A model generated the notes under the pieces. It was given only the letters and a program-made list of their open reading frames with translations, did no database searches and was not told where the DNA came from. A stretch of 64,000 bases of DNA. It comes from Octopus vulgaris. Lineage: Eukaryota. The DNA lies in the NCBI GenBank assembly GCA_951406725.2, contig OX597817.1:37076001-37140000 (forward strand), given 5' to 3'. Numbering within the stretch: the first letter of the stretch is position 1; every line of letters starts with the position of its first letter. A program made the position numbers and the translations under genes. Of the stretch, positions 41,179 to 54,111 are shown piece after piece.

Positions 41179-41820
41179 TTGCATGTATATATATATATTG
41201 CATGTATATATATATTTTGCATGTATATATATATTTTGCATGTATATATATATATTTTGCGTGTATATATATATTTTGCGTGTATATATATATTTTGCAT
41301 GTATATATATATTTTGCATGTATATATATATATTGTGCATGTATATATATATTTTGCATGTATATATATATATTTTGCATGTATATATATATATTTTGCA
41401 TGTATATATATATTTTTTGCATGTATATATATATATATTTTGCATGTATATATATATATTTTGCATGTATATATATATTTTGCATGTATATATATATTTT
41501 GCATGTATATATATATATTTTGCGTGTATATATATATTTTGCGTGTATATATATATTTTGCATGTGTATATATATTTTGCATGTATATATATATATTGTG
41601 CATGTATATATATATTTTGCATGTATATATATATATTTTGCATGTATATATATATTTTTTGCATGTATATATATATATATTTTGCATGTATATATATATA
41701 TATATTGCATGTATATATATTTTGCATGTATATATATATTTTGCATGTATATATATATATATTGCACGTATATATATATTTTGCATGTATATATATATAT
41801 ATATATATATTTTGTATGTA
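41179..41820 (+). repeat. Minisatellite, ~31 units of (TTT)TGCATG(TA)n, ~17-23 bp, with higher-order duplication
   Basis: Hand count: 26 TGCATG, 4 TGCGTG and 1 TGCACG. The variant order GCGTG, GCGTG, .., TGTGCATG, .., T6GCATG recurs at ~41258 and ~41521. Confidence 0.95.
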
Positions 41821-42166
41821 CGTGGGAGTGTGTAACTTTAGAGAGAGACATAGAGAGAGAGACGAAGCAATGCGGGTTTATTAGAAGTAGTTTTATTTTT
41901 CATTTCGTTTCTTTTAAATTCCTGATTTCAGTGTTTCTTTTCATATACCAACATACAATTGAAAAAAAGCATTAAAATAAAATAAAGAAAATACAAAAAA
42001 TTCCCTCGGGGAGCCTGAAGGCCAAAGAAATATTCAGTTGTAGTAGTAGTTGTAGTAGCAGCTAATAACATGTCATACATTCCGCCAATCAGACCAATTG
42101 GCATTTGAAACGTTGTTTGCCAAAAGACTTGTAAATGCGTAGATGAATATTTTTTTTCCTTCACAG

Positions 42167-42169
42167 ATG
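42167..42169 (+). other. Candidate 3-nt microexon (ATG)
   Basis: TTTTTTTTCCTTCACAG|ATG|GTAAGA: consensus acceptor and donor separated by one codon. No transcript evidence is available. Confidence 0.3.
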
Positions 42170-42649
42170 GTAAGAATATTCAGTTGAACGAGATAAAACA
42201 TACTTGGAAATCATCTGACTTGATGTAATTTGTATCTAAAGTAAAGTATGGAGTTGTGCAAAAGCATTCCGTCAATGAAATTTTAACAGATTACGAAGCC
42301 AGAATAGTAAGGCTTAATAAAACATGGTTTTATTATGTTATTACATTGTATTAATTTTGTTTTTCATTTTAAGACTTCAAAGAAAAAAAATATATTCAGT
42401 TGTTTCCATTAGTGACTCGAAGGTCATCTGCATTCTTCTATTGTAGTCGTAGTAGCTTTTTAATTTGTTAAATCTTCTGGATAACGCGGAACACATAGCG
42501 CGCACGCACACACACGTGTATGTGTGTACAAATATATATATATATATTCGTATCTGTATATATGTATATGTAGACAAATATCTGTGTGTATATGTATGTA
42601 TGTATAAATATATATATATAGTTCCTATTTTCTTTTTGTAACATATTTC

Positions 42650-42690
<41 letters not shown>

Positions 42691-43643
42691 CACATCCATA
42701 AATATATACATACATATATAAGTGTTTGTATTTGAGTATACAATTGTGTTATTTTCCCGTTATAAATTTATAAATTCTTCTCATAAAAATTCTCGCTTCT
42801 TGCAAAGACTCAGATATGTTTCCTCAGAGCTTAAGTAAAACAAATGCTGAAGAGTTATACGTTGAATTTTAGGAAACACTTATTATTAGTGTTCTACATA
42901 CAGACAGTATTTTCAGCCTTTATATTGGTTGGTCAAAACGTTTACCAAGTTACTAATATTACTTATTGTGATTATTAAGATTCTTTTCTCCATTTAGACA
43001 GTAACATTATCGAGTTCATCGATAAATATATGACCACATATCAATTTATTGTTTGGGTAGAGAAGTTATAGATTTCGAGGCAGTTGTACATAAATATCCT
43101 TATACTCATTGATTTTGAAAAATATGTTCATATCTACAGGCAGCTGGCCTTTGTAACTGTTCATAATTTTTCTTTTGTGTCTCAAACAACTACATCAAAC
43201 CTGTTATGTTTGCATATACAACACATTCTTGGCAGCCAGTTTGTTTAATAAATTATTGGGGCATTAAGAGTGCTTTGATTCAAAATAATGTATTAGATAT
43301 TTGTAGCACAGAATAGAATTTAGGCAAGGCACTATTAACGCCAAATAATCTACTAAACGAACTAGTTGCCAACAATGAGTTTATATGTAAATCAGTCTGA
43401 CCAATTTAATTAAACTGTTAGCAATAGTGAGTTTAAAAGTAATATTTCTGTCGGCATTGTACGATAGTCTTCGTTTACTAATGACATCCCAACACAGGAT
43501 TGAAGTTAATCCACCTAATCTCCCTGCTTCTGCTCACAAAGATATTGTATATAAAGTAAGGGGTATCTCTCTCACTTTCTCTCCAAAGTCTCTCCTCCTT
43601 TTCCCTCTCTCTCTCTCTCTTTCTCTCCAACAGTCTCTCCTCC

Positions 43644-43680
<37 letters not shown>

Positions 43681-45004
43681 GCTCTGTGTGTCATTTCTGA
43701 GATTGTTAACTCACCACACCGTTTGTCAATCGGTGTTGTTTCCTTCACGTCCTCGTAACCTAGCACTTCAGCCTAAAACACTGATTAAATAGTAAAAATA
43801 TCACATGTACTCTGGTCGATTTGCTCGACACGAGCTTTCGTAACGGTAACCCAGCCTGGCGGCTGTCCAGTGGCTGAATCAAGTAAAAGGCAAAAGCTTC
43901 GGACAGAATGCCACGGGGTATTTTATTTCGATTTTCTCTGCCCTTGAGTTCAAAACCTGTAGAATTCAACTTTTCCTTCTTTCGGGGTTGATAAAAAGTT
44001 CCAATCTAGTACAGTAGATTGGTGGGGCTGTAAGAATGTCGGGTCGAGGTTTCTTCTGGCTCTTTCTGGTCTGAGTTCAAATGCTGTTGTGGTTTACTAC
44101 TTGGATTGTATATTCCACGCATCGCCCACGTTAGCACCACCACCTCACACATTGGATCCTTTTAAAGGAGACGTCTGCCTTACCCAATTTTAGTTCATAT
44201 CTACATATGCACACGTGTGTATAATTATTCGCAGTTAACTGAATTCAACTTAAATTTTAAGATGACTCAGAGGTAAAAGAATAAGTAAGAAGAAAACTCC
44301 ATCCAATCCAAATACTAAAAGTTGTTGTTGTAAGCATTCTCGTATCGATTTTTGCAGCCTTTATAAATCTTTAGAAAGGAAACCCACTTAACTTCTTTAA
44401 ACGAATTTTACTAATTCCTTCTTGAAGTTGTCATTTTCATTTCTAATCGATTCTACAAGGTTTCAACAGAAAGGCTTTCTCAAGCGAAATATTATAAGAA
44501 TCGGATGTATTAGTTCAAAATCACTTGTAAGTGTCGCTTGAATAGATACTCACTTCACTTTATAGTATATTCTAAACAGCCTTCAGCTGTGTTCAGTGAA
44601 CTCGTTGCTGCTCCAATTAAATATAGAAGACATAATAAATCTCAGAGAATGTAAAGGAAGAATGTGTAAGATTTCATTGTAAAGAAGTATAGTTGTGTTG
44701 TGTTGCTTTCAAACGAAAGAAAATAGTATTTAATCTATTATTTAGATTTTATGTTTATTAGGAAAGAGTTGGTGAAACATCATTGTTACTAGGAGTTCCG
44801 AGTAATGTGCGGTTGATCAGGAAATCACAGGTGAACTGATTTGTAAGAAACAGACGTATTCAAGGAGCGTTAGTAGCACGAATTGCAATGGTTGATGTCC
44901 GGTGGCTGGTTGTTTTTGCATAGCTGAAAGATGATATTGCTGTTGATGGTTTCAACCGCAAAGATGTGAGAGAAAGCATTTAGTGTTGAAGTACATTTGT
45001 ACAA

Positions 45005-45238
45005 AGGCGGCGAGCTAGCAGAAACGTTAGCACGCCGGGCGAAATGCGTAGCCGTATTTCGTCTGCCGTTACGTTGTGAATTCAAATTCCGCCGAGGTCG
45101 ACTTTGCCTTTCATCCTTTCGGGGTCGATTAAATAAGTACCAGTTACGCACTGGGGTCAATAAAATCGACTTAATCCGTTTGTCTGTCCTGGTTTGTCCT
45201 CTCTGTGTGTAGCCTCTTGTGGGAAATAATGAAATAAG
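45005..45238 (+). mobile_element. SINE family C (full length)
   Basis: GGCGGCGAGCTAGCAGAAACGTTAGCACG head to GAAATAAGAA tail, with an imperfect flanking repeat AAAGCA.TTAGT.TT.AAGTACATTT on both sides. Confidence 0.92.
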
Positions 45239-45628
45239 AAAGCACTTAGTTTTCAAGTACATTTCTCAGACACAGCAGTGCTTATAACGTATCACCTGGC
45301 CATAAGAGGTTATGATTAATAACATATGATACAGAAATAAGACTGCCACATGTCCCACTTTGTTCGGAAACTCTCGAATTACATATATGAACATCGAAAC
45401 AAATCAACCCTTTACAAAGCACAAAACTGCAAACGTTATTTGTCTAAGATATTCAAGACCTTGAGTAAGAGACAGAACATACTAGCCAATAGGCATCACC
45501 TTTATGAATTCCTTCTGTACAACTACCATCCGTCCATTATAATTAACTGATACACTGCAAAGGGAAGTTATATATCAAGTCTAAAGACTTTTCTTACACA
45601 ATTGCAACTAAAACCAGCTGTGGCGGCA

Positions 45629-46004
45629 GTGGAAGCGCAAGGCCCAATGGTTAGGGCAGCGAACTCGCGGTCGCAGGATCGCGGTTTCGATTCCCAGACC
45701 GGGCGTTGTGTGTGTTTATTGAACGAAAACACCTAAAGCTCCACGAAGCTCCGACAGGGGGTGGTGGCGATCCCCGTTGTACTCTTTCGCTCCAACTTTC
45801 TTTAACTCTTTCTTCCTGTTTCTTGTCCCCGACTTCCTACGCAACCGCTGAGCCTGGATGCGCATTCATCCATCCGTCGATGCTCTCGGTGTCGGGGGTT
45901 GACCTGCTTTCTCTTCTGCGGGTTTTACGAATAGCAAAGGACCACGTTTCGGACTTCTCCCATCTTGCGAGCTGTGGGACGGAGACCGTTCGCTCAACAG
46001 CAAC
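45629..46004 (+). mobile_element. Chimeric SINE: family D head with a different GC-rich body
   Basis: Matches family D up to CTCTTTCTTCCTGTTTCTTG (~45826), then unrelated sequence ending in CAACAGCAACA. Confidence 0.8.
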
Positions 46005-46625
46005 ATTATCCTTTTAGATACGCAGTACTATCAACCAGCTAAGCAAATTCGCCCAGAAAGAATCTTTCTAACAAGCACTCCGGCAATACATCTTTCTATA
46101 GTTCACTGTAGAATTATCCAACTGAGCGCATTTAAGTGGAACTAGTGTCACAACGGAGTGAACTATCCACTGTGTATAAGAATACAAATTGCTGATTCTT
46201 TGTTTTGTTGAAGATACACTGTTTCTTAGAGTTAAAACTGAAGTATTTAATAATGCAATCATTTTAGTTTCAACGAATTTCAATGTAGATATGGTCTATT
46301 CTTGATTTTGGTAACATTACAATGTATTTTGTTTTGTTTTCTTTTTAATGGATATTCAACATTTTGATATATCATGACTGAATTATTTATATTATTTGGA
46401 AATGATTCAAATATAAATTAAGGTATGAACGATATATAAGAAATCTAAAATATAGAAATTGTTGCTATTTTTTAACGAGCTTTCTTAGTTTTACAAATTG
46501 TGTCTTCTTTAGCAGTAAATCATTTATGATTTCCCATATAGCCCTTTATATAATTTATTCGAGTCTTTTTACTTTATACCCATGTAGTTCTCTCTTTCTC
46601 TTTCCATATATATATATATATATAT

Positions 46626-47154
<529 letters not shown>

Positions 47155-47640
47155 GAGGTGAAGTAGCAGAATATTAGCGCGTCGGATAAAGCGCTTGTGG
47201 CACTTATCCGTGTTTTTCGTTTTTTAAGTTCAAATTCCGCCGAGATTAACTTCACTTTCTCTTCCCGTGGTCGATAAAATGTGTACGAAGTGAAGTACTG
47301 GAGTAGATGTAATCAAAATCCCTTTATCCTCAAAGTTTCAGGCCTTGTGCCTGTATTAGAAAGAATTGTTATTGTTATTTTTGTTATTATTAAGGCGGTG
47401 AGCTGGTAGAATAGTCGGGGCATTGATAGGCCGCTTAGTGGCATTCGTTACAGATCTTTGTGCTGCGAGTTCAAGTCCCACCGAGGCCAAGTTTATTTTT
47501 CAAATTCCTCCATGGTTGACTTTGTCTTCATCCTTTCGGCGTCGATAAATATAAATATCAGTGAGACACTGGGGTCGATGAAATCGATTACTCCCCCACA
47601 CCGTTTTCAGGCCCGGTGTCTGAAAGGATTATTATTATTT
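47155..47640 (+). mobile_element. Two tandem diverged SINE family C copies
   Basis: GTTCAAATTCCGCCGAG..GTCGATAAA..GGCCTTGTGCC (47155-47365) and GGCGGTGAGCTGGTAGAA..CTTCATCCTTTCGGCGTCGAT..CTGGGGTCGATG (47393-47640). Confidence 0.8.
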
Positions 47641-48318
47641 TAAATTTAACATGTTTTGCCTTTATGCTAATTACATTCAGTTAATTCTAACATTAGCAAT
47701 TCTGTTCTCCACATTTGATACAATTGTTCCTTTTTGGTCAAAATGAAAATTTTTTTCAACGTGTTTCTTTCCAATTCACAAGAAACGTTAGCGTATTTTG
47801 TTCTACTTGTTGCTACCAAAAATACATTCCATCGATTGCAATTTTTCTTTAATAGGACTATTTAACTTGTTTATTTCTAATTCAGTATTCATTTACTATT
47901 AATAGAACGACTTCATTCTCCAATTTTGTTCTATTTCATTATTTTAAAAATTATATTGTTTAATCTTACTCGATTATTTCTCCTTCCAAATTTCTCCTTT
48001 TTCATACAATCTGTTTGGTGTTTTCCCCTTTTTTTTCCTAAATCTATTTTGCCTTAATTCAAAAGAAGTTCTCGTGAACATATTCTAATAAAGTTACACA
48101 TAGCAACGCAATGGTAGCAGATTCAATGCTAGCTTTATTTAATTTCAATTGATTTAGTTCCACTTCTTTCTCCCAGCTGGTCTAACAAAAACGTTGTCCT
48201 TCAAACTATTAATTAAACCAAAATACCAACGAGACATTTTGAAAATATTTGCGACTCGAAATAATCTTGATATTAAAAAAAAAAATTAAATAAGTGAATA
48301 TACATATGAATATACATA

Positions 48319-48824
<506 letters not shown>

Positions 48825-49160
48825 AATGTCTTCAAAATATTTCGGCTACAGTTTTTCACTGATGTAGATTAAATTAGTTCTCTTCGCCGCTCTACAGACT
48901 GAAAATATCGTAATACCCGCAAGAATTTCAACACATTCATTATTTGATTATACCAAAGAGATTATGATTTTAGTTATTGCGTAGAATACATCACATGCAA
49001 ACCTTAATCAGGAATCGGTTTCTTCGTGAAGAGACGAAAGTCTTGATCAAGCAAAATTGTTCTAGACGTAACAATACCATTTTTTATTCAAATCTTATCA
49101 ATCCCTTTTAAAATACTATATGGTGCGATTTGAAGGGGATTTGGTGCTATTTCTAGTATT

Positions 49161-49323
49161 AGCGCAGGAGTGGCTGTGTGGTAAGTAGCTTGTTTACCAA
49201 CCACATGGTTCCGGGTTCAGTCCCACTGCGTGGCACCTTGGGCAAGTGTCTTCTTCTATAGCCTCGGGCCGACCAAAGCCTTGTGAGTGGATTTGGTAGA
49301 CGGAAACTGAAAGAAGCCCATCG

Positions 49324-49362
<39 letters not shown>

Positions 49363-49596
49363 GTGTGTGTGTGTGTGTTCGTATGTCTGTGTTTGTCCCC
49401 CTAGCATTGCTTGACAACCGATGCTGGTGTGTTTACCTCCCCGTTACTTAGCGGTTCGGCAAAAAGAGACCGATAGAATAAGTACTGGGCTTACAAAAGA
49501 ATAAGTCCCGGGGTCGAGTTGCTCGATTAAAGGCGGTGCTCCAGCATGGCCGCAGTCAAATGACTGAAACAAGTAAAAGAATAAAGAGTAAAGAGT
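49161..49596 (+). mobile_element. SINE family B (full length, reference-like copy)
   Basis: GCGCAGGAGTGGCTGTGTGGTAAG (A box), GGGTTCAGTCCC (B-box-like), CORE-like CACCTTGGGCAAGTGTC, internal microsatellite and tail AAAAGAATAAAGAGTAAAGAG. Confidence 0.93.
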
Positions 49597-49837
49597 ATTG
49601 TAAAGTGATTGATTTTTCACTACTGGTTGTTGTTGTTTAGCCCCAGACTATAACTAAACTCATTCCTTTTGTTTCAGGAATATGTTGAGCTACATTATAC
49701 AGGTTGACTGTGAATCTGAATGAATGAATGTTCTCAGATTGATAGAAATGTGAAGTAACAACATCGAACTTTGCATGACTAATGGTAGAGACCAATGGTG
49801 AAAGTGATTTTCATTAATTTAATTGTATAAATTTCGT

Positions 49838-49990
49838 TTTTAGATTTGGTTTGCAAGATTCTTTATATGAGTTCGTGTGTTGAAGCATATTCTGTTGTGT
49901 CTGGGGAGAGTCATTTTCTTATTGTACCGGTGAGTGTGTTACATTATAAGGCACAAAAAGAAAATGATTCTCCCCAGACACAACAGAATG
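49838..49990. mobile_element. Fold-back/MITE-like palindromic repeat remnant
   Basis: 32-bp inverted arms at 49889-49920 and 49958-49989 (one mismatch). The left part resembles 63150-63230. Confidence 0.55.
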
Positions 49991-51289
49991 ATTGTATAAA
50001 ATTATTGAAATCATGCATTTTCGCCTATATACCCAGACATTATGGTTACTCTGTATATGAACTTTCTAACGTTTGAAACATATAAAGTGATTTGAGGGAT
50101 ATGTAGCTCTTGTTTCTAGTATGTCATGTGACCACTTAGAAGCCCCCCTCATTAGATTGGTATCTATCATAATGCTTATTAAAATGATTACACCCCTCCG
50201 TCGCTGCACCTGTACCTTTGAAATATATTTCTGGATGTCTTGGGTAAACAACCACACGGCTTTGCCATAAATGCCACACCGAAGCACAAGTTGTTTACTT
50301 AAGATCAAATCCCCTATTCGAAAGAGGGAAGAGCCGTAGTGTCTGTTGAGTAGAACCCATTATATTGCAACTACGTACTTGAGTGAGACGGGAATATATG
50401 AATGCCATTATAAAAACAGGTGGAATTCGAGCAAATGGGAAAAACACGACAGGTAGCATTATTTGGTACCATCATATATATAATACAAAAGCCCAACAGC
50501 AACGATATAACTATTACTTATAGTGATGAGGAAATCTAAAATGTATAGCATGGAGAATTAAATTTGTTTAGCTTCATAGCTTTTTCTAAAGGTGATAACA
50601 ACATAAGTTAAGTGTATTGTCTATAAACAGAAATCGAAAAACGAATCGGGTATACAGCTCACCAGGAGATTTACTTCTTTACAGCTACCATTCAGCAGCC
50701 ACCTCCGACACCCAAAGCAAAAATAAATCAACCGCCAGAACAGACTGTAAACTGTATCACTTACTCGATTATGTAGGGTTTTCTATTATTTTCTTTTCAA
50801 GTTTGCGAAGAGAATACATGCAATTGTTCTCGCTAACCAAGTAGATCGAACAAGCAGATTCGGTGAGGCAATAACATTGAACGTAAGCTAATATTTGCCT
50901 GAGACCAAATGAGAGAGCTGAGAAGCCTGACACAATATATGATGTTCCACTATAGATTACACTATGTCAAAGATTCCACACATGCAGCTTCGCGCGCGCG
51001 AAGTGTGCGTGTGTATGTGTGTGAGTTAGTAAATATGCGTGCGGAGTGTATTTGAACATGATGTCGATCACGAATAGTTTTGTGTATTTGTTTTTTTTAT
51101 TTACCACTATTTGTGCCTCTAATTCCTGGAATGTGTATCTATTCTCTTCATCTCTGTCTTTCTTTCTTTCTTTCTCGCTTTCTTTTTGTCCTCCTCCTCC
51201 TCCTCCTCTCTCTCTCTCTCTCACCCACACATACGCGCTTTTTTTCTCAGAATGTGTTAAAATATATATGTCTTATTTGCTACCGTGTA

Positions 51290-51320
51290 TGTATACACAC
51301 ACACACATATATATATATGA

Positions 51321-51386
<66 letters not shown>

Positions 51387-51564
51387 GTGTATATATATAT
51401 GTATATATGTATATATGTGTATATATATATATGTATATATGTATATATGTGTATATATATGTATATATGTGTATATATATATGTATATGTATATATATGT
51501 ATATATATATATATATGTGTATATATATGTGTATATATATATGTGTATATATATGTATATGTGT

Positions 51565-51598
<34 letters not shown>

Positions 51599-51683
51599 AT
51601 GTGTGTATATATATGTATATATATATATGTGTGTATATATATATGTATATGTGTGTATATATATATATGTATATATGTATATG

Positions 51684-51714
<31 letters not shown>

Positions 51715-51907
51715 GTGTATATGAATATATATATATATATGTATATATGTATATGTATATATATATGTGTATATGTATATATATATATATGTATATATGT
51801 ATATGTAAATATATATATGTATATGTATATATATATGTATATATGTATATATATATATATGTGTATATATATGTATATATGTGTATATATATGTATATAT
51901 GTGTGTG

Positions 51908-51938
<31 letters not shown>

Positions 51939-52235
51939 ATGTACACATATAAATAGATGCGCACATAAACACACACACACACAAACACACATTTGTACAC
52001 ACACATACACACCATATGAGTGTGTTTGTGTGTCTGCTTCGTAGTAAAGTGTCTGTATATTTGCATGTGTTTGCGCCTTTATTCCTAGAGAATATATATT
52101 CGTAAATATGTGTAAATATATGTGGTCGTGTGTGTATGTGTATGTGTCTATGCGCGTATTTGCTCACGCATATGTGTATGTGCATGTGTGTGTGTGTGCG
52201 TGCGTGTAGGTGTGTGTGTGTGTGTGTGTGTGTGA
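51290..52235. repeat. Large compound (TA)n/(TATG)n/(TG)n microsatellite
   Basis: Seen directly; it is the source of the 200-330 aa spurious ORFs. Confidence 0.95.
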
Positions 52236-52749
52236 TTCCTTGCTAGAAGGTCAACTATGTCACTATCACCATAGCAATACGTACTGAAAATTATTTGTCT
52301 TCAGCAAATCTATCTATCTATGCCTGACGTCATTCCAATATCTGTGAAACATCCAAAACGAAAGCGTGTTAAATCAAGAATCGATTGCATTGTTAAACGT
52401 CGGTCTGTTTAAATGATACCACTCTCTAGTACTTACCTCCCCTTCCACCGAGACAAATCATCACTACTTTCACTATGACCAACAACATTAATACCTCTGC
52501 CACAATCACCACTGCCATCTTCATTATGACAGCTACGAGTACTGACACCTTACATATGCCTGATTATTGCTTTAGGTCGCCTCACTATATGTTGAATTCG
52601 TTTTATAGCTTCTAAAGCAAAACTGGTGTAGAAGGAGATGTGGATGTAGTGTGTTGCGCCGGTTGCTTTATTAATGTAACATTTGCTGCACGTATGATTT
52701 CCAAAGACAGAAGTGCATACATTCCTATGTTTAATTACAATGATACCAA

Positions 52750-52788
<39 letters not shown>

Positions 52789-52875
52789 ATTCACAGTTCG
52801 TAGAAAAGAAATATTTCACAATCTGATGACGCTGGTAAGAAAATAGTTTCTAAGATGGATCGACAAATTCGAAAG

Positions 52876-52948
52876 CATTCCTTTTCGTCCGGGGGTAGAG
52901 CGCCTGTTATGTTTGCAGGAGATGTGGGTTCGAGTCTCATGGATAACC
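52876..52948 (+). pseudogene. Degenerate tRNA-like sequence (tRNA pseudogene or isolated SINE head)
   Basis: GGTAGAGCG D-arm end, CCTGT-TATGTTT-GCAGG anticodon-like arm and GTGGGTTCGAGTCTCAT T-arm. The acceptor stem pairs poorly. Confidence 0.5.
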
Positions 52949-53039
52949 TTCGATATTTTGTATCAAAAGCGTTTTTAACCCAATATTTACATGCTATCCC
53001 TAGTTTTATTTGCTTCTAGATTCCCATATATATATATAT

Positions 53040-53073
<34 letters not shown>

Positions 53074-53075
<2 letters not shown>

Positions 53076-53400
53076 AGGCGCGTGGCTTAGTGGTAAGGGC
53101 ATTCGGCTCACGAGTGTAAGGTTGTGAGTTCGATTCCCGGCGACGCGTTGTGTCCTTGAGCAAGACACTTTATTTCACGTTGCTCCAGTCCACTGACCTG
53201 GCAAAAATGAGTTGTACCTGTATTTCAAAGGGTCGGCCTTGTCACACCTTGTGTCACGCTGAATCTCCCTGAGAACTACATTAGGGGCACGCGTGTCTGT
53301 GGATTGCTCATACACTTGCACATTAATTTCATGAGCAGGCTGTTCCGTTGATCGTATCAGCTGGGACCCCCGTTGTCGTAATCGACGGAGTGCTCCTTTG
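53074..53400 (+). mobile_element. tRNA-derived SINE family A (full length)
   Basis: GAAGGCGCGTGGCTTAGTGGTAAGGGCATTCGG..GAGTTCGATTCCCGG..TGTCCTTGAGCAAGACACTTT; matches 1531-1855. Confidence 0.92.
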
Positions 53401-53410
53401 TTTTATATAT

Positions 53411-53625
53411 ATTTGTTTCAATCATCTGACTGCGGCTATGCTGGAGTACCGCCTTGAAGGGTTTTAGTCGAACAAATCGACACCACCACTTGGTTGTTAA
53501 GCCTAGTACTTATTTTATTGGTCTGTTTGCCGAACCGCTAAGTTGTGGGGACGTAAGCAAACCAACAGCGGTTGTCAAGTGGTGATGAGAGGACAAACAC
53601 AGACGAAATTGAAATAATAGAAACA
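53411..53625 (-). mobile_element. 3' half of SINE family B
   Basis: TTGTTTCAATCATCTGACTGCGGC..TTTGCCGAACCGCTAAG..GGACAAACACAGAC. Confidence 0.85.
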
Positions 53626-53677
53626 ATTTGGTATAATGAGATCAGTAAAGACAAATAATACAGTTTTAATTATGCAC

Positions 53678-53905
53678 GGAGCTGGCAGAATCGTTAGCAC
53701 GCCGGGCTAAATGCTTAGTGATATTTCGTCTGCCGCTACGTTCTGAGTTCAAATTCCGCCGAGGTCAACTTTGCCTTTCATCCTTTCGGGGTCGATTAAA
53801 TAAGTACCAATTACGCACTGGGGTCGATGTAATCGACTTAATCCCTTGTCTGTCCTTGTTCTCCCTCTATGTTTAGCCCCTTGTGTGGGCAATAAAGAAA
53901 CAAAA
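53678..53905 (+). mobile_element. SINE family C
   Basis: GAGCTGGCAGAATCGTTAGCACGCCGGGC..CTTTGCCTTTCATCCTTTCGGGGTCG..TTTAGCCCCTTGTG. Confidence 0.92.
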
Positions 53906-54111
53906 AAATTATGCATTACACTCGAGAGCTTCTAAGTATGCTTCAGTGTCTCTAGTACTTTCATTTTTCTGTTGTCGATCAAGAACTGATGAAATGAGCC
54001 CTTTCTTTATTTTCTGTTGTGTTGCAACATTTCTTTTAAATTTCGTTGGTTGTGAGTTCTTACACTTAGTGATAAAAGTTTTTTTATAAGGTATCTTTAT
54101 AAATTACATCA

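Noticed and set aside
41179-41820. Array of POU octamer sites
   Set aside because: The unit gives ATGCAAAA rather than the canonical ATGCAAAT; the RBFOX motif is the exact match.
43574-43675. Direct repeat of a ~45-bp pyrimidine unit; also the ~50-bp duplication at 19683-19830 and the 15-bp repeat at 15689-15724
   Set aside because: Simple local slippage duplications with no further structure.
50670-50900. Possible small exons (FAKRIHAIVLANQVDRTSRF at 50801-50861; TIQQPPPTPKAKINQPPEQT near 50686)
   Set aside because: Splice sites are mediocre, there are no partner exons, and the resemblance to a Cys-loop channel TM4 lead-in is too weak to support a call.
51046-52185. Long ORFs of 190-330 aa (also those at 8864-9981, 22884-24212, 31517-32133 and 41097-41975)
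   Set aside because: They are translations of stop-free microsatellites or minisatellites ([12 protein letters not shown]), open in several frames on both strands.
53074-53145. Functional tRNA gene (also the heads at 1780-1855, 26190-26255, 38440-38510 and 45629-45700)
   Set aside because: These continue into shared SINE bodies and lack a proper acceptor stem; they are SINE heads.
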